From sequence record SRR22947725_3004: 20,000 nucleotides of DNA. One strand, given 5' to 3'. Below the pieces are notes generated by a model. It searched no databases, was not told where the DNA came from, and saw nothing but the letters and a program-made list of their open reading frames with translations. A program made the translations under genes and the position numbers. Within the stretch, counting starts at the first letter, position 1. Each line of letters opens with the position of its first letter. Of this stretch, positions 17,622 to 20,000 are shown piece by piece.

Positions 17622-18962
17622 ATGGTTCTTCAAGTGCCTTTTTTAATGTGGCTTTTTGTAACATGTTTTTTCTCGGGCGGGGTATGGGCTGTTGACAAGC
17701 CCAATGTGATTGTGATCATGGCAGACGATCTTGGTTACGGTGATCTCAGTTGCTTCGGGAACAAGGTTTTTGACACACCATGTCTCGATAAAATGGCGGC
17801 AGAAGGTTTGCGTTTTACAGATTTTCATAGCAGTGGACCGGTATGTAGTCCAACCCGAGCTGGGCTGTTGACTGGTAGGTATCAACAGCGTAGCGGTATC
17901 CCTGGAGTCATCTACGCAGCGTTTGATTCCAATAGACACCATGGTTTGGATGCTGCCGAGATCACTTTTCCAGAGTTGATCAGAGATGCAGGATACCAGA
18001 CAGGCATGTATGGAAAATGGCATCTAGGATACCATAAAAGATATAACCCTTCCCTGCATGGTTTTCAGACTTTTCGAGGTTACGTAAGTGGGAATATTGA
18101 TTATCATTCCCACTATGATCGGATGGGGGTTCTGGATTGGTGGAATGGAGATCAAGTGGAAGATGAAAAAGGTTATACGACATCCTTGATCACCGAACAT
18201 GCTTTGGCATTTGTAAAAAAAAATAAATCCAATCCATTTTGCCTATATCTTGCCTACGAGGCGCCTCATGATCCCTATCAGGGCCCCAATGATCCTGCCA
18301 TACGCGTGCAAGGCAAAGTGGTGCCCAATAAGTATGCGAAAGGTCAGATACCGCGTGCCTATCGTGAAATGGTTCAAACCATGGATACAGGCATCGGTAA
18401 AATACTCGACTTGCTGAAAACAGAAGAATTGGACAGGAACACATTCGTATTTTTTCTTTCCGATAACGGAGCCAATAAAAACGGCCGCAATGGGGATCTT
18501 CGCGGGTTCAAGGGCAGTCTTTGGGAAGGAGGGCATCGCGTGCCTGCGATTGCCTGGTGGCCCTCCGAAATACCACCCAACTGTTTCTGTGATGATTTGA
18601 CGATGAGTTTGGATCTCATGCCCACATTGCTGCAGTTAACGGGTGCTGTTATTCCTGATGGACACCGATTAGATGGTGTTTCACTGGTCCCGGCATTGAT
18701 GGGCAGAGCCATGCCTGACCGCAAGCGAAAGCTCTTTTGGGCTTATGGTTCCAAACGGTCAATGCGTCATGGGCCCTGGAAACTCCTGACAGATCAGCGT
18801 CTGGGCGGTGATCCACAGCTTTTTCTTTTAACTGAGGATATTTCAGAGCAGAGAAGCCTTTATAACACCCATCGGCTCAAGGCTCAGCGAATGTTGTCCG
18901 AACTGAAGGCGTGGCATGCGGATGTGCTCAGCGGTGCCACGTCACAGCCATCCAAGCCCTAG
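17622..18962 (+). CDS. Formylglycine-dependent (Cys-type) sulfatase, family S1; start at ATG 17622 or 17646
   Basis: KPNVIVIMADDLGYGDL, CSPTRAGLLTGRY (CxPxR), GKWHLG, APHDP, SDNG, KGSLWEGGHRVP and WKL. A hydrophobic signal-like N-terminus ends near GVWA. Confidence 0.95.
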   Translation: MVLQVPFLMWLFVTCFFSGGVWAVDKPNVIVIMADDLGYGDLSCFGNKVFDTPCLDKMAAEGLRFTDFHSSGPVCSPTRAGLLTGRYQQRSGIPGVIYAAFDSNRHHGLDAAEITFPELIRDAGYQTGMYGKWHLGYHKRYNPSLHGFQTFRGYVSGNIDYHSHYDRMGVLDWWNGDQVEDEKGYTTSLITEHALAFVKKNKSNPFCLYLAYEAPHDPYQGPNDPAIRVQGKVVPNKYAKGQIPRAYREMVQTMDTGIGKILDLLKTEELDRNTFVFFLSDNGANKNGRNGDLRGFKGSLWEGGHRVPAIAWWPSEIPPNCFCDDLTMSLDLMPTLLQLTGAVIPDGHRLDGVSLVPALMGRAMPDRKRKLFWAYGSKRSMRHGPWKLLTDQRLGGDPQLFLLTEDISEQRSLYNTHRLKAQRMLSELKAWHADVLSGATSQPSKP

Positions 18963-19108
18963 TTTTGGCCTTTTGATTTTAAATCAAGGTTCAATGGGTT
19001 CATTGGCCACATTGGAATTGTCCTCAGATGTGCCTTTTTTTGCATGCTAAAGCGCAAATTTAAATCGTCCGCTTGTCAAACAGCGAAGAGATTGCTATTC
19101 CTCTGGCC

Positions 19109-19834
19109 ATGGGACGTCAATGGCTCCATTCGAAGAAAGCAGTCGCATCAAAGAAAAAAGCGCAGGCGACTGGTAAACTTGTGCGTGAAATCGTGGTCGC
19201 AGCAAAACTGGGTGATCCGGATCCTGATATGAATCCACGTTTGGCGCAGGCGTGCGAAAAGGCTCGTAGGGCCAGTGTATCCAAGGACGTGATTGAACGT
19301 GCCAAATTAAAAGGGGGGGGCGGAGATGCGCCCGCGCTGAACTCTCTTATGTTCGAGGGTTATACCCCTCACAAAGTTCCGCTTATCGTGGAGACCCTGA
19401 CTGATAACCCGAATCGCACGGCTCCTGAACTGCGGGTATTATTTCGCAAAGGTCAGTTGGGTGCCCCCGGCAGTAACAAATTTCTATTTGATTTGGTGGG
19501 TATGGTTGAAGCTCATCGAGAAATGGCTGAAGTCGATTTGGAAGAAGCTGCTATTGAAGCAGGCGCCAATGAGGTCGAATCATTGGATACTAATCAGAAT
19601 GATGATATTCCAGAGGATGCATTGGGGGCTCGCTTTCTCTGCGAGCGAGGTGATATCCATTCTGTTTCACAATGGCTGGCAGGAAACGGGTGGAAAGTTG
19701 TAACCAGTGAGCCCGGTTACGTTCCCAAGAACCTATGCAATCTTTCTGATGAGCAGAGAGAGGAAGTAGGCGAGTTTTTGGAAATTTTGGATGACCATGA
19801 CGATGTTCACCGGATTTGGGTTGCGCTTGAATAA
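19109..19834 (+). CDS. YebC/PmpR (TACO1) family protein
   Basis: KLVREIVVAAKLGDPDPDMNPRL, IERA, FEGY, IVETLTDNPNRTAPELR, AIEAGA and LDDHDDVHRIW. The start is placed at MGRQWLH (ATG 19109). Confidence 0.93.
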   Translation: MGRQWLHSKKAVASKKKAQATGKLVREIVVAAKLGDPDPDMNPRLAQACEKARRASVSKDVIERAKLKGGGGDAPALNSLMFEGYTPHKVPLIVETLTDNPNRTAPELRVLFRKGQLGAPGSNKFLFDLVGMVEAHREMAEVDLEEAAIEAGANEVESLDTNQNDDIPEDALGARFLCERGDIHSVSQWLAGNGWKVVTSEPGYVPKNLCNLSDEQREEVGEFLEILDDHDDVHRIWVALE

Positions 19835-20000
19835 AAGTTATCTGGTTATGAATATGTTGGCGGATCAAATTTCTGTTACTATACCAATTCCCATATTCAT
19901 TTAAGGAAAAGGAGTGGAGTTGATGCTGGTAAAAAACACACTTCGATGGTGACAATAGGTCGAAGCAAATATGGTCGAGTTACTTAAACCGGGCCAGATT

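Noticed and set aside
18973-18987. FNR-like box TTGAT-TTTAA-ATCAA upstream of yebC
   Set aside because: The spacer is 5 nt, whereas the FNR consensus requires 4. It is more likely a weak AT-rich hairpin after the sulfatase stop.
19313-19320. G8 homopolymer in yebC as a phase-variation tract
   Set aside because: It is short, in frame and encodes a Gly linker. There is no evidence of variation from a single sequence.
19835-20000. Possible gene start or end at the window edge
   Set aside because: Only short frames are present, with too little sequence to support a call.
1-20000. CRISPR arrays, tRNA/rRNA genes, transposases, integrases
   Set aside because: No regularly spaced repeats, cloverleaf or rRNA signatures, or recombinase motifs were recognised by eye.

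Overview
Bacterial chromosomal window of roughly balanced GC. Gene content (MoxR plus coiled-coil partner, GLDTSH-type Gfo/Idh/MocA, sulfatase, tandem PDZ proteases, MGRQWLH-type YebC) suggests a PVC-superphylum organism, probably Verrucomicrobiota; this is an inference. Gene order: 3' end of a PiT-type phosphate transporter; an OprO/OprP porin broken by two frameshifts; MoxR AAA+ ATPase and a coiled-coil membrane protein (-); sodium:solute symporter (-); a GH-A TIM barrel/GT2 fusion coupled to thyA and folA; TIGR00266/AIM24 (-); an ~820 bp AT-rich gap and an AT-rich SET-domain gene; Gfo/Idh/MocA oxidoreductase; an active trypsin-PDZ protease coupled to a catalytically dead paralogue with nested insertions; SDR (-); sulfatase; YebC/PmpR. 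No rRNA, tRNA, CRISPR array or transposase was recognised. The best leads are the protease/pseudoprotease pair with its ~115 aa inserted module, the SET protein with an NLS-like tail, the GH-GT2 fusion, the frameshifted porin and two candidate operator sites. All family assignments come from motif recognition by eye, not database searches.
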